Assembly: GCF_009914755.1 (NCBI RefSeq)
Contig: NC_060925.1
Length of the DNA: 64,000 bases
Source: the human T2T-CHM13v2.0 reference genome, Homo sapiens
Direction: 5' to 3' (one strand)
The position numbers and the translations under genes were made by a program. Every line of letters begins with the position of its first letter. The first letter of the stretch is position 1. Shown piece after piece: positions 60,180 through 64,000 of this stretch. The notes beneath the pieces were generated by a model. It was given only the letters and a program-made list of their open reading frames with translations, was not told the DNA's origin and searched no databases.

Positions 60180-60840
60180 ATTCATCGAGTCATTGATTGA
60201 TTCGACACATGGCTTCTGTGTGCCTACTTGACTTCAGGCATTATTCTAGGCATGACGCATTCCGCAGTGAACAACACAGACAAATGTGCCTGCTGTCACC
60301 TAGTTTATATTTTGCAGGGGGAGACAGACAATGAACGGAATGTAGTTAGAAGGTGGCCATGCTGTAGAGAGAATTAAAGCAGAGAAAGGTGGTTAGGGAG
60401 TGTTGGGGCTAGTTTGCAGTATCACTAGATGATCCAGGAAGGCCTCGTTGAAAAGGTGATCCTTGAGACCTTGAAGGCGGTAAGAGATGGCCAGGCAGAT
60501 ATCTGCAGGTGAGAGTTTTCTGGGCAGGAGGAACAGCAAGTACAATGTCACTGAGCTGGGAGTGGACATTCCTGGTGTGTTCAAGGAACAGCCAGAAGGC
60601 TTTCATGGCTGGTTCAGGCTGAGTCAGGGAACAAGTGTAGGAGCTGAGGGCAGAGAGGGACCAGGAGGCCGAGTCCTGCAGAGCCCATGGCAGGGACATT
60701 GACTTTGACTCTGAAGGAAGTGGGGCGGGGGCCAGGGGAGGATTTTAAGCCGAGGACTGGCAGGATCAGATTTAAGATTGAAAAGGATCACCTTGTCTGT
60801 TTTCTTGAGAGTGGACTCCAGGTGGGTAAGAGTAGAAGTT
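60180..60840 (-). mobile_element. L2 (L2a-like) 3' region
   Basis: TCAGGCATTATTCTAGGC...CAGTGAACAACACAGACAAA...CAGGAAGGCCTC...GAGGGAACAGCAAGTACAA...AAAAGGATCAC. Confidence 0.85.
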
Positions 60841-61054
60841 ATCATTACTATTCAAATTATGGCACGGTTTCTGCCCCCTAGGAATTCACTGTGATGGTGG
60901 AGATAGAACATGTACAGCTTAAGTAAGGAAATGTTTGCTAAGTGCTATGAATGACTTAGAGAAGTGCTGTGTGAGTCAGTGAAGGGAGACATCCCTTCTG
61001 GGAGTCAGACTTCGCGGAAGAGCGGGGTCTTAGGATGAATGAACAAGACTTTGG

Positions 61055-61212
61055 TTTTTTTAGTGTGATACATAATTCACCATGCACATCCAGTGAATGG
61101 TACACATTTAAAGCGTACACTTTGATATTTTTGGACATATGTATCCACCCATGACGCTATCCCCACAATTATAATACTGCACATATCCATGACCCCCAAA
61201 AGTTTTCTCATG
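61055..61212 (-). mobile_element. Old L1M 3' end fragment
   Basis: ATAATTCAC...ACACATTTAAAGCGTACA...TTTTGGACATATGTATCCACCCATGA...CATATCCATGACCCCCAAAAGTTTTCTCATG. Confidence 0.75.
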
Positions 61213-61454
61213 GTTGATGAGGGAGAGAGGGAGTTATCATCAGGGCAGGAACCAAAGTGAAGGTGCAGAGGCTGGGAAATGTAGGGGCTTCCATGAGACA
61301 GAGGGAGGCTGGTGCTGGTGCTCCTGGGGGAAGTGAGGGACGTGTGACAAGGTGGCCTGAAGAAAATTGTGTGGGGCCCAAAACACTGGGTCACAGGGGA
61401 ATGGGGCAAGTACTTAAATTTTTGTAGGACATGGTCAAATGATGTATTTGTTAA

Positions 61455-61751
<297 letters not shown>

Positions 61752-61839
61752 AAAATTTTACCTTTTAAAAACAATGGCAACACCACCAAATTTTAGGTAT
61801 TTAATCTTTTTGTAGTAAGTTTAAGAAAACACAGCCAAG

Positions 61840-62089
<250 letters not shown>

Positions 62090-62536
62090 ACAGCCAAGTA
62101 CATTTATGCAGCATTTCATGAATATGAAGTCAATTAAAAGAAAAAGAAACATTAAGCAATTTTATAATTAGATAATTAACAGAATCCTTGATAGCCTTAT
62201 ACTAATACAACTACTTGCAGATTGAAAATAATTCCATTTGCTGCCTGCTGGCACATTAAAGCCTACATGTAAAAAATACATCAAGTCTAGATGGGCTTCA
62301 GTCATTTGAAAGTAATATTTTAGTGCATTCTAGTATAATCTTGATTAGTGCTTACATGCGTATAGTTCAGCACTTTATTTTGTGTCATGTTGAACATGAA
62401 CTTTAAAGTTAAGGGAAACATTTTAAGTACGTAGTAGGAATCTACTTTCCCATCTTAAGCTCTGAATCTATTTGTGAAGGGATCCTATTTCCCAACAGCC
62501 AAGGGATATACTGGAGAACAAGATTTTCAGGGTTGA

Positions 62537-63028
<492 letters not shown>

Positions 63029-63178
63029 TAGAGTGAGAAGCATCAGATTCTTAGTTCCATGGAAATGAACGCCTCTTGGAGTGTTTCATCTTTTAAAATA
63101 GAGAAGGAAGCTGAGAGTCATTCAGGCCATGCTCAGAGATGTCAGCTCAGGAACTCCAGGAACCCAGTATTATTTTGA

Positions 63179-63273
63179 TTCCTTCCTTCCTTCCTTCATT
63201 CCTTCCCTCCTTCCCTCCTTTCCTTACTTCCCTCCCTCCCTTCCCTCCTTCCCTCCCTTCCTTCCTTCCTTCC
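63179..63273. repeat. (TTCC)n/(TCCC)n microsatellite
   Basis: Direct reading; occupies the tail position of the adjacent Alu monomer. Confidence 0.92.
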
Positions 63274-63393
63274 GATATGGGTTTTCCTCATGTTGTCCAG
63301 GCTGGTCTTGAACTGCTGGCTCAACTGATCCACCTGCCTTGCTTTGGGCTCCCATAGTGCTGGGATTACAGGTGTAAGCCAATGGGCCCAGCC
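63274..63393 (-). mobile_element. FLAM/AluJ left monomer
   Basis: CATGTTGTCCAGGCTGGTCTTGAACT...GTGCTGGGATTACAGGTGTAAGCCA; TSD-like TATT(T/G)TGATT. Confidence 0.85.
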
Positions 63394-63401
63394 TATTGTG
63401 A

Positions 63402-63719
<318 letters not shown>

Positions 63720-63942
63720 TGATTTAAGAGGGCTTTGACTTGACCAGATGTGGTGGTTAAGTGAATATGATATGTTCCCTTCTTTATCATCCTCTCTGTT
63801 CTTAATTGCAAAAGCGCCAAATCCTCCTAGATAAAAGACAGCCCTAAGATCATTGTCACCATCCTCCTTATCCTCATCCCAACATTATATGAAGTTCTAA
63901 ATTTATACAAGTTACTGTATTAGATACTGAGACTAGTTACAT

Positions 63943-63997
63943 TGATAATAATTACTACCATTTATTTAAGGGTGATAATAATTACTACCACTTATTC
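63943..63997. repeat. 30-bp tandem duplication (may continue past the window)
   Basis: TGATAATAATTACTACCA(T/C)TTATT at 63943 and 63973. Confidence 0.85.
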
Positions 63998-64000
63998 AGC

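Overview
Primate (almost certainly human) non-coding genomic DNA, most plausibly part of a very large intron or an intergenic region. I find no protein-coding exon I can recognise, no RNA gene and no CRISPR or prokaryote-type system. The long ORFs in the track mostly trace to Alu or L1 fragments or stop-free tandem repeats. The window holds about 40 Alu elements or fragments (roughly 17% of bases; J, S and Y ages, many with readable target-site duplications), several L1M/L1PA 3' ends, L2 and MIR relics, three solo LTRs (MLT2-, MSTA- and MLT1A-like) and DNA-transposon fossils (MER2, MER20, MER58A, MER5, MER53-like, MADE2). Structure not explained by ordinary repeats: (1) about 190 bp of unique DNA from ~29.7-29.9 kb copied into an old L1 at ~24.2-24.7 kb; (2) a 143-bp non-tandem duplication (3880/5059); (3) a triplicated LTR-end/flank junction at 13.2-13.9 kb; (4) a 31-unit 21-bp VNTR carrying about 21 helically phased NF-kB-like sites; (5) a G-tract plus small CpG island at 34.0-34.9 kb with promoter-like motifs; (6) a few strong orphan splice-site pairs. 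I cannot support a new biological system from sequence alone; these are the best leads. Repeat family calls come from remembered consensus sequences, not a database search, and boundaries of old repeats are approximate.
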